A stretch of DNA of 64,000 bases from Octopus sinensis (lineage: Eukaryota). Numbering within the stretch: the stretch's first letter is position 1; the number at the start of each line of letters is the position of its first letter. Both the position numbers and the translations under genes were made by a program. This document shows, in pieces, positions 1 to 11,593 of the stretch. A model generated the notes under the pieces. The model saw only the letters and a list, made by a program, of their open reading frames with translations. It was not told the DNA's origin and did not search any database. Location: the NCBI RefSeq assembly GCF_006345805.1, contig NC_043000.1, positions 135,842,001-135,906,000 of the forward strand, written 5' to 3'.

Positions 1-822
1 GCCACTAATTGCAATAGTCGTTGTTATTGTTGGTTTCAATGATTTCAATGTAGCACTTGCAATTACTCAATTGATACAAAAGAGATAGCTACGTCGCTAG
101 AGGAAGTACTTGATTTTAGAAATTTTAGGGTCGCATCGAAATATTTTATATGCAAGTAATGCCGCCGCAATCCCTTTCAGCTAGTCATCTTCAAGATTCT
201 TGTCATATAAAATATCCTTATGAAATATTCATACGAAATATTCACCAAATTTCTTTCAATTTATTTCATTGGCAGCCATTCTTCTTTCCTTTGTTTCATT
301 TCTTCTAAATCTTCTATCAATCCTTAAACAGATTACAGAAAATTATAAACTTTGCCCTTACACTTTAACCCGAAATCCTAGTCCCAAATTTTTACTTTAT
401 ATTTGCAGCTAAGCTAATATTTCATATTTGTAAGCGCTCGACCTTAATTCTAATCCAAAAATGTTTGACCTCTACTCTAAAATGTCTACTTTTACTATCG
501 TTATATTCGTTAGAAAAGTGTATTATCTTTCTTATGTCAATATTACAATACTTCAGAACAACAGCTCAGAAAAATATATTTTCCACTGATGACATATAAG
601 CAAATTTTCCGAGATAGCGTTTTACCCAATATAAGTTTCAATAAGGAAATATTTACTGCACATAAACGACATTCTGATCCCATTAAGATTCGAATAAATT
701 ATCTACTAATTCTATATACATAAATATATACCAATTACAGCATACACACTCCTGTGTAGGTGTATGTATATGCATACAGACAAAAACATATATATTCATT
801 TAATTCTTCATTTGAATTACTA

Positions 823-1195
823 TTTTACTTGTTTCAGTCATTTGACTGCGGCCATGCTGGAGCACCGCCTTTAATCGAGCAGATCGACCCTGGGACTTAT
901 TCTTTGTAAGCCCAGTACTTATTCTATCGGTCTCTTTTGCCGAACCGCTAAGTTACGGGGATGTAAACACACCAGCATTGGTTGTCAAGCAATGCTAGGG
1001 GGACAAACACAGGCACACAAACACATATATATATATACATATATACGACGGGCTTCTTTCAGTTTCCGTCTACCAAATCCACTCACAAGGCTTTGGTCGG
1101 CCCGAGGCTATAGCAGAAGACACTTGCCCAAGATGCCACGCAGTGGGACTGAACCCGGAACCATGTGGTTGGGAAGCAAGCTTCTTACCACACAG
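823..1195 (-). mobile_element. tRNA-derived SINE, family A (octopus-type), 5' end slightly truncated
   Basis: Reverse complement reads CTGTGTGGTAAG...GGTTCCGGGTTCAGTCCC (A/B-box-like), an internal CA/TA microsatellite and the tail GGCGGTGCTCCAGCATGGCCGCAGTCAAATGACTGAAAC. Near-identical to copies at 35766, 42186, 47655 and 60385. Confidence 0.9.
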
Positions 1196-1374
1196 GGCTG
1201 TATGGTCAAATAGTCTTCACAAACAGGAGGCCTTGGATCCGATCATACTGTACGAATTCTTGAAAAAGTGACGTTTACTCTATCCCCGGGTTGATCCATA
1301 CCGTGCCAGTGAAAGTGAGTTGACAGAAACTGCATGGAAGCCAATCGCATTGATTGTAAATGTTATTCAAAGAT

Positions 1375-1660
1375 GGGAAGCACTCCGTCGGTTACGACGA
1401 CGAGGGTTCCAGTTGATCCGAATCAACGGAACAGCCTGCTCGTGAAATTAAAGTGTAAGTGGCTGAGCACTTACAGTTGTGGCTGAGAGAAAGTTGTGGT
1501 GAAAGAGTATAGCAGGGATCACCACAATCCCCTGCCGGAGCCTCGTGGAGCTTTTAGGTGTTTTCGCTCAATAAACACTCACAACGCCCGGTCTGGGAAT
1601 CGAAACCGCGATACTATGACCGCGAGTCCGCTGCCCTAACCACTGGGCCATTGCGCCTCC
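1375..1660 (-). mobile_element. tRNA-derived SINE, family B, with internal deletion
   Basis: Head GGAGGCGCAATGGCCCAGTGGTTAGGGCAGCGG...GGTTTCGATTCCC matches the copies at 45003 and 50443. 11-bp TSD TATTCAAAGAT at 1364-1374 and 1662-1672. About 100 bp shorter than the other copies. Confidence 0.9.
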
Positions 1661-2062
1661 CTATTCAAAGATATAGACTTTCAACAATGCATTACATTGA
1701 TTCTGGAAGAGAATTATGTTGAGGGTATACGTGTCTGTGGATTTTCAGGAGCAGGTAAATTAGTTGATTAATCAACTGAATCTGTATCGTTCATTAACTG
1801 AAATCCGTAATATACATTAATGTATTCGACTGATAATTTACGCATACTTACTTCTGTATTTATGTATATTTATAACATAAAAACCGAAAATGGCTCTGAC
1901 GATAGTAACATTAATTTTCTAGGTCGTTCAATTTTCTAAACCAATCAATGGGCCGATTGATTAAAGCTCTCAATAACGAACCTATAATGATTACTGGAAA
2001 CAGCTGTGAGTCAAATTTACCACAATAAAGAAATATGTAACGACCATTATTTATGCCTTGTC

Positions 2063-2093
<31 letters not shown>

Positions 2094-2350
2094 TGTATGT
2101 ATGTATGTATGTATGTGTGTATGTATGTATGTATGTATGTATGTATGTATGCGTGTATGTATGTATGTATGTATGTATGTATGTATGTATGTATGTATGT
2201 AGTATGTATGTATGTATGCGTGTATGTATGTATGTCATTCAGTTTATTTCAATATTTCTTGCCAATAGAGAATGAACCGATTTCTAATCTAGATCAAAGG
2301 CTCCTTCATTGGAATTTCAACATCAACAACAGGGCATTTTTGCATGTTTG

Positions 2351-2384
<34 letters not shown>

Positions 2385-2470
2385 TGTATGTATGTATGTA
2401 TGTATGTATGTATGTATGTATGCATGCATGTATGTATGTGTGTGTGTATGTATGTATGTATGTATGTGTG
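2063..2470. repeat. Two (ATGT)n microsatellite tracts separated by about 120 bp of unique sequence
   Basis: Directly visible at about 2063-2234 and 2356-2470. Source of the MYVC/HTYI ORFs. Confidence 0.95.
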
Positions 2471-2472
2471 TA

Positions 2473-3270
2473 CGAGCAAATTTGTATGTTTCATGTATAT
2501 ATTCTCATGCATAGAGTTGCATATCTTGACATGCTCATATATACTTAAATGATAAACTTCTGGAAAGTTTTACAGATTTCTACAGTTCTATTGATGGATT
2601 TTTACAGTTCCAGTAGCTTTCTCATTTCTGATTTTGAGAGGCCTAAATTCCCAAGAATGGTATTTAGGTAGTGTGTTGCATATCCAAGGGCCCCATAATT
2701 ACAGGCATAAACCTGAACTTGTAATCTGGATAGATTAACTTCAGATTTCTCAATAGTTCAGCATAGGTGTTCTCTTTTATCACTGATTTTCAGCTTTATG
2801 TTGTAATCCGTTGGGCAGCTAATTTCCAGAACGGTGGACAGTTTCTCTTCTCTATCCCAAATCATTATATCAGGTCTGCTGTGAAGTCTTCACTGGTACA
2901 TTCGACCATTACTCCGTCTTTTTATGAGTGGTTATGGGTTCTACCATATTGTAGATTCTTATTTCTTTTTCCTTGGGATTATCCTTCTGATGGATTTCAT
3001 TATAGACTGTCCTAGCTACAACGTCATGTCCCATCGGTAGATAACACCGTGATGACATTTTCGGACAACTGCTTATGATGTGGGTGATGTCTTCAGCGTG
3101 AACTCCGCAAAGCCTGCATCGGTTGCCACACTTTATGGCTTTACCTGTGTCTCTCCCCCTTTTGTGTATCAGGTACTTGATTGATATTTCCTGTTCCTGG
3201 GTTGTAAACGCACACCCTTCAAAGTGGGAGGTAGTAATCCGGCTATTGGTCTATGATAAACTGCTTTGTA
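2473..3270 (-). mobile_element. 5'-truncated, degenerate RLE-type (R4/NeSL-like) non-LTR retrotransposon 3' end
   Basis: Minus-strand translation with frameshifts: CRLCGVHAEDITHIISSCP (CCHC knuckle), RPDIMIWDREEKLSTVLEISCPTD, ENTYAELLRNLKLIYPDYKFRFMPVIMG. Stop at about 2545-2547. Both ends abut (CATA)n. Confidence 0.8.
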
Positions 3271-3336
3271 GGTATGCATGTATGTATGTATGTATGTATG
3301 TATGTGTGCATGTGTATGTATGTATGTGTGCGTGTG

Positions 3337-3370
<34 letters not shown>

Positions 3371-3630
3371 TATATGTATGTATGCATGCATATATATTCC
3401 TGTCAGAACTGGGACCTTGAAGACTGCTTAAATGCAAGAAAGTATACTAGTCCCTTAACATTTGATATTCAGTATTTCATCTATTCAATAAGACAATCAA
3501 TACTTCACTTCATTTTACTATATATACTATATATGCTATATATTTTATATCTTACATTAATATTAAAAAGAATATAAATAAAACATAAAATCAGACAGAG
3601 CTGGAATTCCTTTGAATTATATATATATAT

Positions 3631-3794
3631 ATCAGATGCCATGATGGTGCTAATGAGTAGGTACTGGAGGTGGTCAAACTCTGCATAAGGAGTAGACAAC
3701 CACTATATATATATATATATAGTGGTTGTCTACTCCTTATGCAGAGTTTGACCACCTCCTGTACCTACACATTAGCACCATCATGGCATCTGAT
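3631..3794. repeat. 164-bp palindrome: 73-bp arms around (TA)9
   Basis: 3631-3703 is the reverse complement of 3722-3794 with 2 mismatches. The arm is the 3' end of the adjacent RTE element. Confidence 0.95.
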
Positions 3795-4446
3795 GTGGCT
3801 TTTTAAACCAGACAATGTTCTGAAAAGACACCCACATAGATTGCACCTCCGATTTGGACCACGAAGACCTGCAGATAAGTTCTGCTCTATGTGGATCTTA
3901 AAATGTCTTTTGAGGCTTCTGTTGGATTTGCGAACCTTCTGGCATACACTACATTCAAATGTGTGTACATACATATAGGCAGAATAGTTGATGGAGGTTC
4001 GTTCTCCATGGATTCGCAGATGAGATTTGAGGCCAGCAAAAGACAGGAATGGTCTGCCACAGAATGTGCATACAAAAAGGTCATTGTCATTCACCTTCTC
4101 GATCATTACACTCTTCCTTATATCTCTTTTGAGTGTTACTTGCGTTATCCTGGCCTCTTCAAATACTTTCACACCACTCTACACCTTTGTTCGCCATCCA
4201 ACTCGATCCGAAGCAAGGGTTTCTATATCTTCTGGAACCATTCCACGTGACTTCACAGTAGTCCTTATGCCGTCCTTAAATCTTTTTTTGGCTTACACTG
4301 ATAGCGTTTCCCCTCTGCAAGCTCACCATAAAACAACTGTTTCGGCATGCGCTCATCTGCCATTCTAACAATATGGCCACTCCATCTCAACTGGTTCCTC
4401 AAAATCTTTAATTGGGGTGAGGCCTGTAGATGCAAGGACATCTGTG
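3704..4446 (-). mobile_element. 5'-truncated RTE-clade LINE 3' end with three C-terminal C2H2-type zinc fingers
   Basis: Minus strand: LRWSGHIVRMADERMPKQLFYGELAEGK...KKRFKD...ASDRVGWR (RTE C-terminal motifs), then ORF 3765..4172 with three CxxC...GLKSH/SLKRH fingers. Short 3' UTR and (TA)n tail. Confidence 0.85.
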
Positions 4447-4546
4447 TTTGTAGTAAAAAAAAGGTATTTTTGGTGGAATTGTTCTAACAATTTAAAATGC
4501 TTTTCATAACAGGAAACTTGGACTTGTTATGAAAGGCACTTTAGAT

Positions 4547-4634
<88 letters not shown>

Positions 4635-4734
4635 ATATATATATACTACTAATATAGGATGAAGTTTTTTCTCTACAGAAAAGAATTCCATCAAGAAATG
4701 TGGCAGCATATTAAAATACCTTTACGGTTAAAAT

Positions 4735-4852
4735 TATAAACAACTTATAAGAAAGGGCTAAAGAAAAATTATTTCAAAGCCAGTATGATTATATGTGGAA
4801 AATCAGCATATTGGTTTTGAAATAATTTTTCTTTAGCCCTTTCTTATAAGTT

Positions 4853-4858
<6 letters not shown>
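4735..4858. repeat. 124-bp hairpin, possible MITE
   Basis: Perfect 44-bp inverted repeat (4735-4778 vs 4815-4858), with further imperfect pairing inward. TA at both ends. Confidence 0.75.
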
Positions 4859-4939
<81 letters not shown>

Positions 4940-5004
4940 ATATGATATATTTGGGAATACTAAGTATTCCAGGTTATCAGGAAGTTTAATAATTTACACT
5001 TTGC

Positions 5005-5273
5005 GTAGGCCTCTGAGCAGGTATCGTCTAGTTTTCCGCAATATTTTATGCAGATTCTCTGCTCAGCTTTCTCTGTCATGGACAATGCAACGAGCACACG
5101 CTACACACCTTTCTTTCAAGTACTGGTGCAAACAGCGAAAGTGAGCTAAAACGTTAAAAGTTAGTGCGCATGCACAGCGTAGTTTAATGTCAACGTGCGC
5201 GAAGCGGCTTCACTCTGTGTCTTTTAGCTTCGTTACTATGGCAACATTCCGGATACTTATTGATCAGACCACG

Positions 5274-5275
<2 letters not shown>
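5005..5275 (-). mobile_element. Mariner-like transposon 5' fragment (TIR plus start of transposase)
   Basis: TA-CGTGGTCTGATCAATAAGTATCCGG end set in (TA)n. Minus-strand MTEKAEQRICIKYCGKL resembles a mariner N-terminal HTH. Confidence 0.7.
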
Positions 5276-5335
<60 letters not shown>

Positions 5336-5352
5336 TATACACACACACACAC

Positions 5353-5413
<61 letters not shown>

Positions 5414-6272
5414 GAATATATCTATATATCTATATATGGATGTGTATATATAAATGTATGCACACAGATATATATCATATACTTGGCTGATGCCTTTTCG
5501 TTGCTTGATTCAATGATTCATATCAGCTGCTTACATTAAATAATTATTAACAAGATGGCTGAGGATTTATGCCGCAGAGTATTGTGTATTAAATAGAAAT
5601 TGAGTCTCATATACGTCATGCTGTTAGTAGTAAAACGTCGATTAACTGAGGTTATGTATGCATTTAGAAGTAATTGTATAGAAAATCTCAGTTAATGGCG
5701 GTTTCCATACTCAGTATATCCCATATGCAAGACTGCCGTGTTTGTATTAGATGATTATTCTCTTAAGTCCTTTTCACATGTTCGTAATAATGTTTGTTTT
5801 AATGTTTTTATAATTCATATATTTGTATACGTATTTATATACAATGGAATTGTATATACATACAATGCGTTTTTGAAGCAGAATTGGGAATGATCATTTA
5901 TCGGTGAACTGTAGTTTTTCTAGGTACGTTTTTATAGATGTGAAAACTAGGATGTTGATAATATGTCCTTTCCTTCCAAATATATTGTAATCACTGGAAG
6001 TGGCACTCCAAATGTTATTTCGATGTGCACACTACCCATACTGTCTATAGTCTTTGTATACTTTCCATACTTTACATGTTGTACATGTAAGTATGGTTGT
6101 TCATAATAACTTGCAAACACACAAAAGCAATGTTGAGGATGACCGAATCAGTGGAGCACCAGATAGTAAGCTATACTACAGAAATATGTATCAGTGTATC
6201 GTATGTATATATATATAAACACAACATATGTACCAGTGTGTCATATATATATATATATATAATATATATATA

Positions 6273-6643
6273 TGGCAGAAACGTTAGTACGCCGGGTGAA
6301 ATGCTTAGGTGTATTTCGTCTGTCTTCATGTTCTGAGTTCAAATTCCACCGAGGTCGACTTTGCCTTTCATCCTTTCGGGGTTGATAAATTGAGTACCAG
6401 TTACGCACTGGGGTCGATGTAATCGACTTAATCCGTCTGTCTGTCCTTGTTTGTCCCCTTGTGGGTAGTAAAGAAATAGGTATTTCGTCTGCCGTTACGT
6501 TCTGATTTCAAAAACCACCGAGGTCGAGTTTGCCTTTCATCCTTTCGGAGTCGATAAATTAAGTAACAGTTGCGTACTGGGATTGATCTAATCGACTGGC
6601 CCTTTACCCCCAAATTTCGGGCCTTGTGCCTAGAGTAGAAATG
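6273..6643 (+). mobile_element. SINE family C (core GCCTTTCATCCTTTCGGGGTCGATAAA, MetaSINE-like), dimeric body
   Basis: The body is repeated twice with junction AAAGAAATAGG/TATTTCGTCTG at 6480/6481. The second unit carries a different tail. Confidence 0.85.
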
Positions 6644-8289
6644 TACATATACACAATAAAAGTATCTTTGCGAAAGGGAATAACACCAACTGCACATACT
6701 CACTAGTACTCATACTTATATTTTGTACGCATGCGTGGTGACGAGGCTATATAACGTTACCGTATTCTCGCCGTTCATATACACAAAAAATGAAATAGGA
6801 TTAAACATGATTAAAAACTGAGCGTATGCTTAATTATAAATGCAAGTGTGTGGCCGGATGTAATAATTATTATGACATTTCGTCTCTACTTATCAGAGGC
6901 TCTATCCACAAAGTTTTACGTAACACCAAAAAGCTATGGAAATGACTTCTTAATTAATTCAATATCCTTGCAGACTGCGGCAGTTAGAATTATCCTCACA
7001 TTGTAGCTGTAATGACGACGAAAAATGAACGAGTGATTGTTAAATTTTTAAACTATGGAATATCTTAATACTAAATGATATCCTGTCGATTCATGTAACT
7101 GAGACACCTGTGATTAGTCAATGAGATTTACCAATTTTAAGTATTTTTTTTTCTTTCTGAAGATCAGCTGGACATTTTCTACTTTCTCGACTCCATTACA
7201 TCATTGATACTTAACGATTCTGCATAAATGAGAATTGGATAAGTTTTCCTCTAGAACATCTTTTTTGAGATCTAAATATGTCTTTTTAAGATAAAACTGA
7301 TCAACTACAGTTATACATAAGTAACCACTAAAAACAATTTATTTCATTCATACGTATTCGAAATAGACATATATACGCACTCACTTAACCAATAGAGTTT
7401 ACAATGTAAATAGTCTTTTTTTGGTCGTTATAATTTTCGGCTATCACAAACTGGATTCTGAAGATGCAATAATTCTTCACAACAAAGAAAGATCGATGAC
7501 TGGAGAGAATGAAAAATGCTGGACTGCATGTTCATAAGATTTTATGTCATTTTCGTACTTCTGAACAATAATTTTACCCTGGTAGCCTAAAGGTTACTAG
7601 ACATTTTTGTTTTATTTTTGTAAACGAAGAAGTGAGCGAAGGTTGCGTGGATAACTTTGAAAACAATAAGTTTTGATATTAAACTCTTGTTATTTTCGAG
7701 AGACTTCTTTCTAAAACATAACTGTGAATGTGTAGAAATGTTCACTTTTAGTTCATTTACAAGGAAACATATATGCAGGAACACGTTCGAACACACAAAA
7801 ATACACATGCAGACACATATGTATACAGGAACATATTCTCCTTCGCAAAATACATTTTGTCTCTTGCACAAATATATACGCACACAGTTTTATTTGAAGG
7901 CAAATAGCTAAACTTCTGGCATAAAAAGTTTCCTGTCAAGATTTTGTTTTGAGAAAAACGTCTAGATTTCTAAGCCGAGATTTCTGTTTGATTTAAATAA
8001 ATAAATTCATGAACAGTTAAAGTAATTTATAAACTAAAACATTTTTCGCACGAATGGTTAAAAAGATAAAAGGGCAAACAATTAAAGATTAAGACGTTTA
8101 TTCACGTTTTCAGAAGGAAAAAAAAGTCTGCCATATTTTGTGTTCTCTCGGATGTAAACAAAGCTTATTCACATAAACATGGATAACTTTTAAATGTGGT
8201 CAATATAATTTGGAACCTACATGGTCAGCGGTTCGTACTCAGCAGTCGGTGCTGGGCTGATACTCACTGTTCAATTTGCCCCTCAACAT

Positions 8290-8980
8290 GTATTATGAGG
8301 GGACGTATTTTTTCCATGGAAGCTGCTGAAACTGTTTAGCTAATAGTTGTTTCCTTTTCTCAGGTTGATTGTAGCATGTACACCATGGAAAAAGGTGGGA
8401 CATATAAAACTGCTTTGAAGTATTTAGAAGAAGTGAGACTTTGTGGTTTTTATTTAGAGACGCCATCCACAAGATCAAATAAAACTTAGTGTTCAAATAT
8501 TTAATGCAGTAAGCAACAAAGATCAGAATTTGAAATGCTATTGCATTGCACCAAGGAAAGAACATTAACACAATGGCTAATATTATTTTAAGCACTTTGG
8601 CAAGTATGAAGGACAAATCCGGACATCTTTCGTTCTTATTAGACCTCATCAGCGTACTAACTTTACATAAAGACAACCTTCAATAATGTCCCAATGGTAT
8701 AATGAACTATTGATGTTATCAATCCCATGAATCAAAATTCAAGATCAGACTTCTTTCACCAAGCTACGAAGATTTGTAAAAAAAGCAGTTGGTATACTCT
8801 TTATTTCGTATTCTTCATTTTCACTATTTTGGTGTTTTGCATGATCTCACAATTCTTTTCTATCGTTGTCAGGTATTCTTTCCCTTCTTACAACCTTCTT
8901 CTCATCATTTTCTTTATTATCTCACGTGCTTCCTCTAACGTTACTTATTTTCTTGTAGGTCTTTCTACCTTTCTGCTACA
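8290..8980 (-). pseudogene. Heavily decayed coding relic, possibly a LINE ORF1-end/APE endonuclease start
   Basis: Minus frame about 8587-8975 includes IPTAFFTNLRSL, resembling APE motif I (N-x-R-S-L), after a K/E/R-rich segment. Six TGA stops. Confidence 0.3.
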
Positions 8981-9429
8981 TGTTTCTCTCTCTCTCTTTC
9001 ACTTTTATAATACATATCTGTTTTCTTCAACCTCTTTCAGACAAATTACAAAAATAATTTTATTTGTTTCCTACGAGTCGTAGGATTATGAAGCGGAAAT
9101 AAATGGATTTTCAAATGAAAAAGCGCTACAATTAATCTTTCTATTACAGTAAAAATCTCATTAATTTGCTATTATACAAATGTATTTTTACTTCTTTCTC
9201 AATTCTAAATGTAGAATTAAAATCGTCAGTCGATTATTTAAGTTTATTTTTTCCACAAAAGTTTTTCTATTTTGAACCTATTTCTGTAATAATGATTTCT
9301 GATATCGGTGCAAGATCCCACATGATTAGATCAGCAGTAGTATTTGACTGGTACTTTATTCTATCAACATTATAAAGATGAAAAGCTAAGTTGACTCGCA
9401 ATATTATTTGTATAGTAATAATTATTTCA

Positions 9430-9625
9430 ACTATAGGCACAAGTCCTGAAATTTTGAAGGCAGAGATAAGTCGATGACATCGATGCTCATCAAGTACTTA
9501 TTTTATCGACCTCAAAGTTAAGAAAGGTAAAGTCGACCCCAATAGAATTTGATCTCAGAACTTAAGAACGGGTGAAATATTCCTAAGCATTTTATCTGGC
9601 GTTCCAACGATTCTGCCAGCTTGTT
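9430..9625 (-). mobile_element. Older, diverged SINE family C copy
   Basis: Contains the reverse complement of the family C head and core with many substitutions. Confidence 0.7.
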
Positions 9626-9706
9626 GCCGTTCTTTTTCTACGAAGGGATAACATCTAATAAGGAATAGAATCTAGTGATATTTTGTTCGTATTTCTTTAT
9701 CATATA

Positions 9707-10099
9707 CTAGCAGTATCGCCCGGCGTTGCTCGGGTTTGTAAGGGAAATAACTATACAGCATTTTTAGAGAGTTATAGCCAAAAAATAGCAAAAAAATGCA
9801 TTAAAAATGGAAAAAATATGATGGTAAATTTTTTTTAAATCGTTGACTCATCGTAGACATTTTTAGAGAGTTACTTCCCTTTAAAAAAATATGCATGAAA
9901 ATGGAAAAAAATGATGGTAAATTATTTTTAAAATCGTAGACTCATCGTAGACGCGCGCTAATACCCAGAAGGGCTCGATATGAATCACGACTATAAGATA
10001 CCCGGTTTTGGTTAAACTACACCGCAAAATGTGGGAGTAGTTAGGAATCTAAATCGAAGGGGACAGACACTCACACAACTACAGTTTTATATATATAGA
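9707..10099 (-). mobile_element. Non-autonomous Helitron
   Basis: Minus strand starts A|TC (TCTATATATATAAAA) and ends with hairpin CCCGAGCAACGCCGGG then CTAG|T. Internal tandem duplication. Same 3' end as the 27267 element. Confidence 0.85.
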
Positions 10100-11290
10100 T
10101 TTTAAGGGTTGATTTTGTGATCGAGAAAAGAACATGAAATAAAGCGCTGTGGTTTCAGTTGACTATTATACTGATTTTAAGAAGTAATCCAGCTGGAAGT
10201 CCCAGAGCTGTCGCTTCTCATAATCTTAATTATGCTTGGCAGATATACGAATCACAAACATTGAATGAAACTGACACGTGAAAAGTAGCAGCTGATGATG
10301 CATAAAGGACTTCGGAATTGTAGCTAAATATCAGCGAGTTGTGACTCCAGAATTGCTAGATCTAATGATATGCTTTGAGATTCTCCAACATTAATGAAAG
10401 TGTCAGATGCGGAAGTTAAAGATATTGAGTTGATAAGGACAGTTCCAATGGAGTAGTGTTTTCGATGTGAAACCATAATCTGAACAGATAGCAAATTGTA
10501 TTAGCAAACTAGCTAGAAGCAAAACCCTCGTAGCCATTTTCTCTCCAGAAGTTTCAAATTTCAAGTCAATTAGAATTAAAATCATAATGACATTTCTGTT
10601 GAGGAAACAACAGTTGATATAAACCAAACTAGAAGATCATGAGGTAGTGACAGGAGTAAAATCTTCCAAACTTTCTTTTATATTATTATTATTATCATGA
10701 TTATTGTTGTTGTTGTATTAGATTTTACTCTGAGATTATCTCTTGTGAATGAACCATTTTTCGGAAAAGTTAAATTTCTCATCAGCGGGTTATCCTTTCA
10801 ATTAAGGTGACCAGACATTGCTAATGGCTGTTCTTTTATTGAAGCTGTCTACGTTGCCACGAGGCTATTTTCGTTATTTATGTTCTTGTCACGTGTCGTT
10901 TAGCATATCAAAAGAGAATTTTAATAGTTCCATAGAAAACGTGGTACCTTACATCAACTTGTGCAGTAAGAGTTCCTTGAGTAACTAGCCAAGATGTTTG
11001 CGAACGTATTCCGTTCAAACAGGCGATTCACAGAATTCAAGGAGATGTTAGACAACTTCTCTGTTGCTGATGTTATCAAGCTCACATACTTTGCAGAGTA
11101 ATATCAACTCTTCGTCTTTGGATTTCTTTAATGCAGTTTAGGAGGAAGCCTGCATTCTGATCAGAGATTTTATTCGACAGATACAAAGGTTTTCAACTTG
11201 CTTCTGAACCTACAGCCTTAACAGTGATTGTCAGGGACTTAAAAAGTTTCCAGTCTGAATATCACTGCTGGAGATATAGAATCTTGTAAA

Positions 11291-11593
11291 TAAGGTGGCG
11301 AGCTGGCAGAAACGTTTCTCACTGGGTTCGATGTAATCGACTTAATCCCTTTGTCTGTCCTTGTTTTTCCCCTCTCTGTTTAGCCCCTTGTGGGTAATAA
11401 AGAAACAGGTATTTCGTCTGTCGTTACGTTCCGAATTCAAATTCCGCCGAGGTCGACTTTGCATTTCATCCTTTCGGGGTCGATAGATAAAGTACCAGTT
11501 TCGCACTGGGGTCGATGTAATCGACTTAATCCATTTGTCTGTCCTTGTCTGCCCCCTCTTTCTTTACTGCCCCCTTGTGGGCAGTAAAGAAAT
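11291..11593 (+). mobile_element. SINE family C, rearranged/dimeric copy with 17-bp TSD
   Basis: TSD ATATAGAATCTTGTAAA at 11274-11290 and 11594-11610. Head TAAGGTGGCGAGCTGGCAGAAACG. Confidence 0.9.

Noticed and set aside
3765-4172. C2H2 ORF as a host zinc-finger transcription factor gene
   Set aside because: It continues in frame from RTE C-terminal motifs and ends in a LINE-type tail.
5160-5245. RFX X-box GTTACTATGGCAAC (5232-5245) and NRF1-like GCGCATGC as a promoter
   Set aside because: Both lie inside the terminal region of a mariner relic, and there is no downstream exon.
6720-6780. ACGCATGCGT, TGACG and TATATAA as a core promoter
   Set aside because: Short motifs with no supporting first exon. 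Expected by chance.
8727-9083. Hydrophobic 118-aa plus-strand ORF as a membrane protein
   Set aside because: It is the antisense shadow of a purine-rich minus strand, with no splice or domain support.
10403-10537. Signal-peptide-like MATRVLLLASLLIQFAICS
   Set aside because: The frame stops after 44 codons with no convincing donor. Kept only as part of the decayed-frame finding.
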